From Thalia democratica (taxonomy: Eukaryota), in the NCBI GenBank assembly GCA_965202585.1, contig OZ241832.1, forward strand, positions 48,670,001 through 48,734,000: a stretch of 64,000 nucleotides of DNA, given 5' to 3'. The first letter of the stretch is position 1; each line of letters starts with the position of its first letter. Below the pieces are notes generated by a model that saw only the letters and a list, made by a program, of their open reading frames with translations, searched no databases and was not told where the DNA came from. A program made the translations under genes and the position numbers. Below are positions 47,771 to 61,700 of this stretch, piece by piece.

Positions 47771-48754
47771 TTGGTTTGATGGAAACTAAACGGGCGGGAT
47801 TTGATTTGAAATAGATTTGGGTGAGAAATTTGCTCAGAAATAAGCTTTCCCAATATAAACATTCTTGTCAACAAAGTTACAATATTTTTGAATCTAATAA
47901 AATTAAGTTTAAAAAGCTTTATTAAAAGAGTAAAAAAGAGTCAAAGGGTTTAAAGGTTTAGTAGCACCATAACTAAAAGGAAAAAAATATTTTTTTTACC
48001 TTAAAATTTGGTATTTACGCTCATGATTGTGAAAATTTTGCAAAAGCTGTTTAGTGTTGCTGTTATAAAGTTAAAGTTATTTAAAAAAAGTTTATACAAA
48101 AGACTTTTGATTATTATTTATTATTAACTAGTCTGTATAATATAATTTTATAAAGTTTGTAAAAAATAATTATCACTTAGAACTATTAGAAGGCATGCTT
48201 CGTTTAAAATTTTCAAATAAACCAGTTACCAGAGTTGTTTGGCTTGTAGCCAAAAGCTATTTAAATTAGTTTAAAAAATACAAAGCTTATTATTCTCAAC
48301 AAAAGTTATTATAGAAATTTTATTAAAAAAATGTTAAATTTAGTTTTTTGTTTACATATTGTTTGACAAAAAATTTAATTTACAAAAAAAATAAAACAAT
48401 TTTACTAACAATGTTAATAACTTATTATATCTTGTATCGTCATAATACTCTAGTAATAATTTTAAGCTTAGAAAAAACAACAGTTTAATTATTTTAATTG
48501 TTGTTTGAAAAGTAAAAATGTTAAATAACCCTTTTGATAGTAGTTTAGTTACTTTATTTAGTACTTGAAACATATGAAAAAAAAATGTTTTTTTAACTTA
48601 GAACCGAGATTTGTTGAAAATTTATAAATACAAAATTTTATTAAAAGCCTTTTTTAAGATTTACAAAGAATACTAATGACTCTTTACTAGTGACATATAT
48701 TTTTGTGAGTTAAACGAGTCAAAATAAAATCTGTAGTAATTATTTTTATGTTTA

Positions 48755-48917
48755 ATGGACACATGTATATACCTACTTTAGCTTCTTTCCTTACAGTATT
48801 TTTTTAATAATAATAACAACTATACAGTATTCCGTTGAAGTGTGTTGACTCGTTTAACACCCAGAGACATATGTCAGGGTAATAAAAGAAGAATACTGTA
48901 TAGTTGTTATTATTATT
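48755..48917 (+). repeat. Short interspersed repeat, copy 3, with a perfect 27-bp inverted repeat
   Basis: 48806-48832 AATAATAATAACAACTATACAGTATTC is the exact reverse complement of 48891-48917. Confidence 0.8.
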
Positions 48918-51900
48918 AGTATGTGATATAGTTTTATTAAAATATCTTATATCTAAATGTTTCTACGTTATAAATTAGTTATGTATATAATAACAAATTG
49001 GCGAAACAAGCTTAGCATAAATTTAGTTATTTAACTTTAAAAAATTAATTATATTACTAAAACTCATCCTGACGTTAAAAGTGTGTCACTAATATTGATT
49101 ATGCAGATTAAACAATAATTATTTGATTTAAATTTTTCTTTGAACTATTCTGTTGTGTTAGTAAACTTACAAAACTATAAAACTTTTAGTGATTAGAATT
49201 GAATAAATAAGTATTTAGTAAACTTAAATTTTTTAAGAACATTAATATAAAATAACCTGATATTAATATGTATGAAAACTATCTATTTCTGAATAACAGT
49301 CATAATAAAAGGTAAAAAAAAGCTAAACAAATATAAGTTTTTAAGTGTATTAGATGATTAGAAATTATAATCTTTTAAAACTAACATTTAATTTATTGTT
49401 GTTCGAACGTTTCACTAAAAATTTTAGAGTTTTAAAATTTTCTCCTCCTAAATAATGCGCTTTTTAATCACTGCTAACACGTGCAGTAACTGTTTCTGTA
49501 AAAACCTTTTGCTTAATTAATTTGTAATGAAGCTTTAAAACGAAATTGAAATGTATTTCTAACTAAAGTTTTATAATTTAAAAGTAAACAAACAAGATAT
49601 ATAATAACAGAAAATTTATGTATTTTATTTTTTATTTATATTTAAGAAAGCTTATTAGAGCAAAAATATAAACTTTTACAACGTGTTATCTCTATAAAAT
49701 CTTTTTTAAGGTGGTGGTGATACTTTTTATTTGATCGTAATTATTAAAAAAAACCAAGATGACTACTTTTAAACTAAAAACAGTTTATAACTAAGTTAGT
49801 TTCTTTAAACACCTAAAAGTATTATACAGCTAACAAAAAAAGTTTTAGAACAGAAGTTTTGACTTTTAAATAAGATGTCATAGTCAAAAATTTAAAAGTA
49901 GTAAGTCTTGCTAAAAAAGCGAAAGCGAGCGTTTATTTTTATTGTAATCAAAGATTATAAATATTGTTTTTAGTAAATAATGACTGAAATTAGTATGATA
50001 ATAAGTTTGTAAATAGTATAACAATCGTAACGTTTTAACTAAAATATTTTATGAGATTAGGTTAAAGTAGTGATTATAAACACTAAAAATGTTTAACAAC
50101 TAATCAATCAATTTTACTGTTTATGTTATAGTTTGTAAGTGAAATCATTATTAAAAGTAATTTATATCCAATTTATTTTAATTTATTGTTTTACTATCAT
50201 TTTTGAGGTTAAAAAAATATTTTTTAGTATTTGAAATCACTATTTAATAACATATTTCTGAGATCCTTTGTAATGTTTTGAGCTTTTTACTTTCTAAAAT
50301 GTCAAAGTATTTTATATTAGCAGTAGATACATTTTGATTATAACACAGTTTTTCTTAAGGAACATTTTAATTCAAAAAACTAGACTTTTTTTAATTTTCA
50401 AGATAACTTTTAAGATAACTTTATAGTTTATTTAACTAAACTTCAAATACTTTTTTTTTTATAGTTATTTAATCAGATACAATTTTTATATTTTCATTAT
50501 TCATACTTTTTTGTAAACTGATTATTGCTAACTTAATGTTTTTAATCGTTATAGTTTACTTAAAAGCAAGTTTTTTCTGAACAATAAGTGATAAATCTAA
50601 ACTGATTTACTTTAATTGTCTTAAGTTCAGAAAATAATTAACTATTAAAAAAAACTATACATTTTTTTACGCAAAATGAAGAATACTTTATTAAAACCTA
50701 TAAAAAATATTTTATTATATTGTAGTTGAAGTAACATAAAGCGCTCGGTTATTCTTTAACATAAGCTGATTATTATAACAAAATTCAAATCGTGATATCT
50801 CATCGATAAGCAATTATTACAAGAGCATTAAGCGTATGTGAAAATATCTTTTTGGTTATCAGAGAAAGGCACGAAGAAGTTTGTTTTGAAACAAAGCTGT
50901 TTCTGGTCAGACTAGTTTTGTGTGAGCTCAATACACATTTGAAAATAATTTAGTAATGGTGTAGTAAAAAGTAATTACAAGTTAAAATGATTGATTATGG
51001 TATAAATTGTTTTGTTTGCTATATTACACAGAAATATTCACAACAGAAACAAAAATAGACAGAAAACAATTGAAAAAAGTATAAGTTTTAGTTATTTTAA
51101 GATTTTGTTGACTATATATATATCAATTATGTAAATGAAACTTCCGGTTATTTTGTAAAAACATCGATAAAAAATTATTTTTTATTGGATAATATGAAAA
51201 ACTTAATAAAATAAATTTCGATAGTAAATAAACTTAAACAGTCTCTATACTACAAAAAGTTATCAAAATATCCGTAAAAAATACAATTGAAAAGTAAAGA
51301 CATTTTAGGTTTTATGCTTATGTGTTGAATAAAACAGAATGTCAGTTTTAAATGTTGTTAGAAACCTTTAGATTTCAGAATCTTATGTTTAGTTGCTCAG
51401 CTATAAAATAGTAATAACTATTTTTAAGATGAAAAAAATCTACAACCCGATTACTTTGTTTTGTTTGAATATTTTTAAAACTTACCGTTATATTGAGTAA
51501 CCGTAAGTTTTAACTAAGTATTTTTTCTATTACCACTTTTGCGACAAATTTTTTAAGCATACCACTTAAACTTTGCAGAGTTATAACAGTATATATTAGT
51601 TGTACTTTATATTAAACTTATAAAAAACTTCGGCTTGCAGTTTTACAAAACAGTAAGCTTTAACTAAGTTAGAAACACAGCAAATATTAAAAAAATTAAC
51701 TAATCATTAAACTAATATATGTGTTATTTTTAAATACTTTTTTCTAGTAATGTAAGTATAATTTTTTTTTCAATATGTTGCAATTGTAAAACTGTATACC
51801 AATATTTAAAACCATTGTAATTGGATATTTGTTATAGGTACAAAAAAGCATTTGATATAGCGTTATAATTATTTATTTAGTTTATTTTAAACTTAAATAT

Positions 51901-52775
51901 AAAATAAAGATAAAACTTTCTTAATTTTTGCAATTTACAACTATTTAACATTTTTAATGATGTTTTTTGTATATAAGTTAAAATTTAACTAAACTACATA
52001 TTTAAATACTTCGTAAAATAACATAACAGCATGGTAAGTTTGTTCAAAATATCAAAAGCTTCGATTTATATTTTTTCTGTTGAATTATAAGTAAGTTAGA
52101 AAAAAAAAAAAGCTAATCGACAGTCAGCTAGTATATTCGATCAAAACAAAAAAAAATTCTATTATCTTTTTTTTAGATTAAACCATTTTAATATTATCTT
52201 TGTTACTTTAAAAAGTATAAAAACTGTTGTCACACATTGTACAACATAACTTTGTATCTTTTATTAAGCAGTTAGCTTTATGTTGTATTTTGCAAAAGAA
52301 AATCTAAGGTCAACCCTTTGATATTCAAAATTCTTTGAGAATTTTTTTGAAAAGGAATGTCATTACCTCGATAAAATCAAAATTTGTAGTACATAAAATA
52401 TGTTTTGTATTGATATAAAGTCATTTCTTTGTTATTTAACATTACTTAGTATAAGGATTTCAAGTCGATAAATTTACGATTTAAAGAATTTATATTAAGC
52501 GTATTAAACTGAAATTAAAATGATAACAAATAAGTATACTTTTTATTGGTAAATATTTTTCAAAGTAATTTTTTATAAAATAATTTTTTTCACAACAAAA
52601 AACACCATTTTTTTTCAATAGAAATTATTTTATCACGTCAAAACTATTTTTAAAAACTTTTAAGTTTCAGAAACAATAGCTACTTTCCTAAAACTTAGTT
52701 CTACTCTAACTAATAAATAGAATAAAATTATGTTTCACAAACATACTATGCATTTTCAGTAATCAAATCTTAGAC

Positions 52776-55700
52776 ATGAAATTTTTTTTTGCGCTAATAC
52801 TTGTTCTACTAATTGGAATCCCTAATCACTGCCTGGTTATCAACAAGGCGAGTGATGCACAAGAACAAACATTCGGAGGAGAAAATGAGTTAGCGATGTT
52901 CAAAGACCCTGACTTAGATTACGAGAATGTTACTTTGGTCGGTTTGATTAAAAGTTTGCAAACTTTCAAAGAAAGAGACGAACAACTGTATGAAGCTTTC
53001 GCGACATTGAACGACAAAGTGAAAAATTTAGAGTTGAAAAACTCTTTGCTTTTAGATCAAGTAAAAGAAAAATTAGTAGATTAATATAGAAATAAGCTCT
53101 ATTGATAAAAGCATACCACAAAATCATTAATAAAATATTAAAGTAAAAAACAGTGTTTTTTTTGAAACCACAATAAGTCATCTATTTGCTTTTAATAGCA
53201 TCAATTAAAAAAATCAAAATGAACGAATGTACATGAAAAAAAAACATTTATTGAAGAAGTTTAATTTTAAAAAATTGTCAAATAAACTTTTTTTTTTCAA
53301 AACAAAGGTGAACGAGTTGAAGGAGAAAGACAGTGATCACTACGTGAGAGTGAAGGAGCTGGGTGTGAAGGATGAGGAGCACGGATTGAGATTGGTTCAG
53401 CTGGAGATGAATGATGATTACCACATCGAACTCATGGAAGAGCTCGGCGATGAAACTGACATTTTCAAGTATGAAAATTTTATTTTAATTTTTTAAAATG
53501 TTATTAGAAAAATCACTTGTAGCAAGATAAACAAGTATTAGTTGCATAAAAAAAGTTTTTTTATCAGTATTATTTTTCAAAGTTAAATAAGAGTTAAAAA
53601 TGTATAGCATAACGATGTGCTTTCAAGTATAAATTGGTTATACGTACATTTATAAAAGCTTCGTAACAAATACACTTATAGTAAAATAACTAGCAGTAGT
53701 ATAAAAAACAGTACGAAAAAAGTTGTTTTTATAAATTACAATTGAGGTGAAACTCTTAGTGACATCTTTATAAATAAATTGTGCCTTTTTTATATAGTAT
53801 TATACTATAATAAAGTAGTTCAATACTTAGCAAAGTGTAAGTTTTAAATTTTACTCGCGCAAGTTTTCTAAACTTTCTATAGTAAACGTTCTTGTTTGTG
53901 GTCAAAGAATAAATATAGCCGATGACCAAGTAAATAGTTAAAAAGTTTTACAATTAAATAAAAATGAAAATATTTCTTGTTTTAAAGAACTTTAAAAAAG
54001 TTACAGGTTGAAATCTCGTTGATTAAAACTTCGCAAAAATAATTTTTTTTACTATATTTTTTACTAACCAGTTTGCTTCAACTCAATACATATTTACTAT
54101 AAACGTGCAAGTGAAAGTTTTTGTTGCGTAACTATCGAAAACTGATGTTTTAATCATCATTATTAAAAAAAAATAAAAAAAGTTCAGTTGAAAATATTTA
54201 TTTATAAAATAATTAAAACCTATAATGTTATAAGTACTTAAAAGTATTAAGTTTTTACTTTTTTTGTTTTTTTAAGGTTATAGACATAAAACTAGCTTAA
54301 AGTTTAATGAGATATAAAAGTAACTTATGCTTTAGAAATCATAACAACAAAATATTAAACTAGCTTTATTAAATGTATATCATTGTTTACAAAGACAATC
54401 AAAATAAAAAAAACATACTCGAACAATAGAAAGCATTGTGTTTTGTAAACAGTTTTGAATGATTTTATAACTAGTTGGTAAAAGCATTATCGTCAAGAAA
54501 CAAACTGTACAATTTTAAAGCGTATTTTGCGCCCTAAGGTCGTAAGCTTAAGTCTTAGTAGCATTAAAGTGAACTTGCACGTTTGATTTAAATGATTTTT
54601 TGAACGATAATTTTATTCTTGTCATTACAAAACTTTGTATGTACTGTACATTATTTGTAACTTAAAGAAAACACGTTAAATAGATACTGAATAGTGTAAG
54701 GTTTACACTTCTATACAAGTTGACAAAAAAACATCATGTATTTGAGTTAAACCTAGGGATATTTCTATATAAAATATAATAATATAAATATATATTTTTT
54801 TCGTTTATTTTAAAAAATATTCGATCAACTGACTTAAACTCAAGTAAATTCTTAAAAAATAATATAAACGAAAAAGTTTTTAACAATGATTGTTAACGTG
54901 TAAGTAATAAACTAATACCAGATTAATAAATTAAAAACTAAGCATGTAAACTGTTAACTTTTTTTTTAAATGTTCATGTATTAAAGTTTGTCAATATTGT
55001 CATGTGTTTTTTTTAACGTACGTTAACAGTTAAAAAAAAGTTTTGTTCTGATTTCCTCACTTGGCTTAATTTAGAAAGTAAGTGGTATAGTAATTTTCTT
55101 GTATTTGTTTAAAACAATTTTTGACGTTAAGTAATATGCTTCCTAAAACTAGAATTTTAAGGAAACTTTCAATAATGTTTATGTTTAGTATACTGTAGTA
55201 TACACTTTGATCTTATCGTGTATTTTTTATAAGATAATATATAAAAGAAGCAGAATTGTTGAACAATAGAACTAGTTTTGGTTTGTATAGTTTGTTAGAT
55301 TTTATCAATAAGATAAAACTTTAAAAAGAAACTTTTATTGTTATGCATGTTTTAGAATTAATTTAATGAATAAAAGTTATCTTTAAACATAATTTCTTCG
55401 ATATTTGAACTCTCAAAACTGTCTAAGTTTCAATAATTTAAAGTCATTTTTGTGATAAAGATAAATGTTAAAAAAGCCAAGTTTTATCATGCTGTACTTT
55501 AACTTAGGACTTTAATTATTTTAAACTTAATGAAAATCTATTTTGTTATTTTGTTAAAAGTAGTAAAGTTTTTTATATAAAAAACACTTTGTAAATTTAT
55601 GAGTACAGTAAACACTGTTTAAACTCTAATTTCAATCAATACAACCTAGTAACTTACTAAATGAAAATGTTAATATGAAAAGAGTAGGTATCAAAGTTTT

Positions 55701-58700
55701 ACTATTTTAATTTTTAAAACATTTTAAACTCTTATACCGATAAAATTATTCAGAAATCATAAGAGCTGGTAAACTTGATACTTTTATATATATATTTATG
55801 TTTGTTACTTAAGAACTTTAGTGCATAGTGTAAGTTAGTACATATAACTTTATAAAAAACTCCTTTGCCTTAAATTATCTAAATGTTATAAGAAATTAAA
55901 CATCTTAAAGGTATATTAAATATTTTTATATAAAATTAAGTGTTTTTATAAAGTACTGCTTGAGTGGTGGTGTACAACTCGATAACCAAATGGTTCATAG
56001 ACCAAGTTTTTAGAGCGCTTTTCGTTCAATAAGCAACTGGAACTGAAACGACATAAGTAACTAAATAAAAATGTAGGCTCAGCAAAACTCAGTTCATTTT
56101 GTAAAGGGCTTATGGTATTAATAATATCATTTTATATTAACGATAACTGTTTAGGTATTTAAACAGTTGTTGATATAAGTTACATAATAACTGTTTGGGA
56201 CTATACTTAAATTTGTTTGAAAATCATAGTTAGCATAGTTTTTTTGATGAAAGCAATAAAATTTTATGTTAAATAGAATAAAAAAAGATCAAAAAAAGTG
56301 CAGTAATCGATTTGAAAGAATGCAATTAAATGTTTAAAAAATTGTAAACAAATATTTTTTCAACAACTAAATACGTAAAAGACCAGCTTTACAATTAACG
56401 GGATTATGTTATGTTCATAATATAACATATTTATAGCTGATACAGTTCAATTAAACCTGAGTTTTAACAGAGTAAAAACTTTTTTAAATAGTTTAGTTTG
56501 TTGATAAAAACCTTAAAAAGTTTTTTTTTTTTTTAAAGCTGAAAATGTTATAAAAATTCAGATTAAAAATTAAGGTAACATTTTTTAAAGACAGTTATAA
56601 GTTTAGACAACGTTTTGTAAACTTTTTATTTAAGTTTATCTTTTCATAATTATGAAATTTAAGCTAATCAATCAAAATCAAAACTTATAAAAGTTTTATA
56701 ACTAGAAAATAATTTAATATATCTTCAAGATGTTTAATTAAAGTTCTTATCGTTTGCTTGAACTGCATGCGACCTCTTAATTCTGCAGTTATCGGAAATA
56801 ACCCGTATAATTTTTGTTAATAAAAAAAACATTGTGTATCAAAAACTGATGAAAAGTAAAAAGCAGACTAAACAAGTTTGTAAAATGAGGATATAAATTA
56901 TTAATCAATAACTTTCATTAAATTTATTGTTTCAAGTAATTAATATTGTCTGTACTTTAAATTTACATAATAATTAGTTACCTTTTCTTCTAAATCTTAT
57001 TCCTAAATTTTATAAAATTTTTAAGGTAAAACCTTTAAAAAAATATGAATTAATAAGTGAAATTTAGATACTTTTCTTGTATTTTTATCTTTACTTTTGT
57101 CTTGATTTTCAAGTCTATATAATAAGCAAACGTAAAACTATTTTTCAGAGAAAGAATGAATGAAATTGAAGACAAAGCAATAAACAATAGCAACACTTTA
57201 CTAGAGCTTGTGGAAGTAGATTTGAAGCATCAAAGCGATATTCATAAAATTTCCAGCAAGAATAACAAGCAAGACACAAAATTAGAAAGACTCGGAAACC
57301 GAACTTCTAAGTTTGGGACGAGGTTCAAAAAGGCGCAACTGAAAAATGCAAAGCAAGACAGTAAGCTGGAAAAGATCAAAAAAGAGTTGTCAAACTACAA
57401 ACCGAAAGTCATAAAAGAATTGCTTAGTGCTGATGAAAACCATGAGAGTGAAATAAACGACTTGAAAGTTCACTTAAACAATAGTTTGGAAGAATCTCAA
57501 ACGTTAAGGGAAACAGTATTGCTATCTGAACTAGACCTTAATAAAACTATCAAAGGGCTTAGTAATAACGACCATGATATCAATAACATGCTCGAAAGCA
57601 TTGTAAAAAATGACTCGGCACACGAGCTAAGAATACAGAACTTGGAAAATATCAGCAGGATAAGCGAGCAGCAGCTCCAACAGCTGAATGAAAACAACTC
57701 TGAAATCAGAAAAAACGTCGAAAAGCTTGAGAGCATGGACTACAACCACGAGAGTCAGATACTGGACCTCAACAGCAACGATTTCCACATAATGAACCGA
57801 ATCTACGAGCTGAAAAACGAAAGTTACGGAAAAGTTGAGCTCCTGGGTCAACTGCAAGAAACGGATCTGGTGCACGAGGACCGGATCAAGATTTTGGAAG
57901 GAAAAAGCAACGAGCAGGAAAGCAGCATTTTAGAGGCTTTTGACGCGAAAGAAGCGCTGAATGATAGAATCGAGTATTTGGAAAGGAAATCAAGTTTTGA
58001 CAAAACTAAAGATTACGATAGTGCTATGCTAAAGCTCAAACAATTGAAACCAGGTCAAATTAATAATTTTCTTTTAGTTCAACTGTTTGCCAAAATTTAA
58101 TTTTCATATGTATTATACTTTTTTAAAATTAAGACTTAAACGCTTAAAAAATTAAACAAAATTATTTACTTTAACAATATAACTTAATGTTGGTTATCTA
58201 CAGACATAAAAGCTAAAGTTACAATTAACTATTAGTTTGATTGTTTTGAAAAAATACTTAAACTTATTATAGAATCTTGTCAAGATATCAAAGCAACCAA
58301 CTCAAGCTTAAAAAATGGAGTTTATAACATTTATCCTAGAATCAATAATGCAAACGACTTTTCATTACAAGTATATTGTGAAATGTTAACGGAGGATAGA
58401 GGATGGATCGTTAGTTTATTTCTTTATATAAATAATCCATGAATTATTTTATAATTCTGAATTTTTTTAAGTTGTTTTAAGTTTAGCGACATAACAAATT
58501 GACACCATTGACTAAGCATAAAGTCTTGTGTTAGTTTTATGTTTTATTTTTAGCTAAGAAAAGTAATATTTTAAATTTGTACTAGCATAATTGGTATTAA
58601 CCAACATATAAATTAGGAACAAAGTAAATTAGGAACAAAACATAAAACAAGTAAAACTTTTAATACTTACCATAATGCAAAGTTATGTACGTAATAAAAT

Positions 58701-61700
58701 ATTTTAAAACTAATAAAATGAAAAAATAACATAACTGTTAATTTTCTTCATCTAATAAGCATTTTCGTTTTCATACATACAATTAAATGCGCTCATAACT
58801 TTTTTAGTATAAAACCAAATGAAAGCACAAAACTAGCATAAAACTTAAACAGTTAAGCTATTAGAGTTACCTTAAAAATTTTTGTTTTATTTTCAAAATA
58901 AAATATACTCTAGTTGTAATGGATAAGTAATAGGTAAAACATACCGTTTACAAGACTTGTGCAAACATAATAACAAACTAATAACAATTTTTACGTAATT
59001 AATTTCTTGCGATTTCTCACAAAAATATTAATTTAAATAGCTATTTAATTGACAAGACTAGATTTTTTCAGAAATTCATAAACAATTTTATATAGTTTAA
59101 TGTCATTTTCACAGCAATGTACAGATCATGTCCTAATTTGATATACTTTATAATCTTTTTCTTAATGTATACTTTAAATTATAGTAACTTTGATACTGAT
59201 AATACTTATTATAAATTTACTGGGTTTCATAAAGTCATTTGAGTGACTACTAATATTTTCGTTATTATACCGAAGTTTCAAACAGATGCACAAGGTAAAG
59301 AGAATTAATAATAACTGGCTTTTAGTTGAAAACGTATTGACAAAAATCGTGTTTATAATGAGTTTTTTTGATTTAATAGGTATTAATATATTTAAAAAAC
59401 CAGGTTTAGCTAAAGACAAAATAAATAAGAACAACGTGTTTACCGGTAAATTTTTCTTGTTTAAAATATTCATTCGTTAAATGCAAATTCAATTGAAAAC
59501 TTTTATTTTTAAACTTTTATTTCGTCGTAAGTTAAATTTTCAATTTTGCTTTAAATCTAATGAAATGATGAATAAATGTATGATAAAAATTTATTAATTC
59601 CAATTTATGGTCAACATTTTATTTATTTTAGAAGTTTAAGCAATTTTGTTTAAAGCAATAATTAAAATGTTTCCAATAAAAAATTATTTTTTAAATAATA
59701 ATGAAAAAGGTGATTCATCGGCACAAAGATGCATTTCCAAACTTTAATCAAAACTGGGTTTCATACCAAAACGGGTTTGGCAGCTTAAGTGAAAATTACT
59801 GGATAGGTTATTTAGAATAAATTGTTGTTTTGAGTATGATAAAGTTAGTTATATCATTTTAAATTAATAAAAACTATACTTGAAACTTCTCATTTTATTT
59901 TAACTAATTAAAAAAACTAATAATTTAAAATTTAATATAATTTAAGTATATACAAATTAAACATAAATTGTTGTACTATAAGGAAAACTTATACAATAAT
60001 TATACTTTTAAGGTTTAAAAAAATTATATATTTATATAAACTGATTTTCTAATTATACTCTTAAGGTTTAGAAAACATGCATCTTTTAACAAAAAAGAAA
60101 GACATGGTCATGAGGATTGACCTAATAGACACTGAAAATAGAAAATACTTTGCAAAATACAAGTTTGCTACTGTTGTGTTTTTTCAATAATACAAAACTA
60201 AATGTTTCTGGTTTCTCAACAAAAAAAGGTCTCCCAACAGAGTTATTGTGGTTTTTTTATTTCTCAAATGCTAAAATTATACTTTTAAGTTTCCATAAAC
60301 GCTTTATAAGTCCTAAAATGACAGTAATAGAGTATATATGTTTAATAAAGTTGATAAAATACTTATCACTATTATATTTTATTTTAAAGCTTACTTTTAG
60401 TAAACAGTTTTTGAAACTATTTTAATGTTTTAGTTAATTTTTTTTATCCAGAAAATATACCTTTTTTACAAGGTATATTAAAATTTAAATAAATTAAAAA
60501 CAAAAGTAAAGCTTTTAAAAATAAGACAACGTTGATTAGACAGAAAAGTTTTAATTTTATAGTTTATTTATTTATTCTTTTAAAAAGTATTTAATTGCGA
60601 ACCGAGTGGTTTATAATCGTATACTTTTTAAACTTTTCATACATTGAATTTTTATACAAAAAAAGTACTTTTTCTATACTTGATTGTTAAATTTTGGATA
60701 AACATTTAAAGATTAAAACGTTAAATATTTCTACGAATTTTCTTTAACTATCACCAACGCCTCGCAAGTTGAACGTCTAAGCTTTATAACTGGAATTAAT
60801 TTTTATACTAGTTTTGATAAAAGAATTTACTGAAAAACAAAAAATTAGAAATAACCTCATGTGAGTTTTTATAATTTTTGTTAACAATCATAATGCCATT
60901 ATAAAAGTATACTAACAGACTAAATAATATAAACCTTTAAAATTATATACTAGTAGTTAAATTAACTTATAAAATAGAGTGTTTTTATTATAAAGAAAAA
61001 CAAACCATAATAAAAGAGTTAAACAACAAAAAAAGTAAATATGTTGCAAATTTTATTAGAAATATTTTTTCTAATTGCCTCTTAAATTTGCTCTATAACT
61101 TGTCTGAAAGTAAAAATACTCTTAAAACAAAATTATACTAGTAAAATGTTTTTAAAGGAGATCGTTATTATAAAAGATTAATTACCTTTAATGTACGACA
61201 CAAGTTTAGTTTGAACAACATATAAATATTCCTTATGAAAATTGAAAACGTTAAAAACATTTAAAAAAAGATACGTAAAAAGATAGTTTTGTTGAAAATC
61301 CAAGTATTTTTATTAATAAAAATGTAATTTATATGATTAATATGTCTGTAATTACTTTATCATAATTTTTTTTGTACCTAATTAGTAGATAAAATTTATA
61401 ATACGTGCTATTTACAGCCATAATTTACCTGTTAGTTTTGTGACTTATCTTTTGAGTATTTGGTATTCGCAAAACAAACTAATTAAACAACAATTTTTAT
61501 CTTTTACTTGCAGTGTTTTTCACATAGGAGACGAAAAGAGTGGCTACACCTTAAATTTCGGTGAATATACGGGAACTGCAGGTTTGAAACTATTACTGAT
61601 AATTTATCTGAACTTTAGTGAATTATCATGTGATTTTGTGATAACAAAACGGGTTGTTGCTTTTATGATACTTAACTTATTTAAAACTTTCAAAAAGATT

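Noticed and set aside
57156-58100. Stand-alone 314-aa coiled-coil gene
   Set aside because: It is internal exon 3 of the FReD gene. The acceptor at 57148 and donor at 58054 give matching phases.
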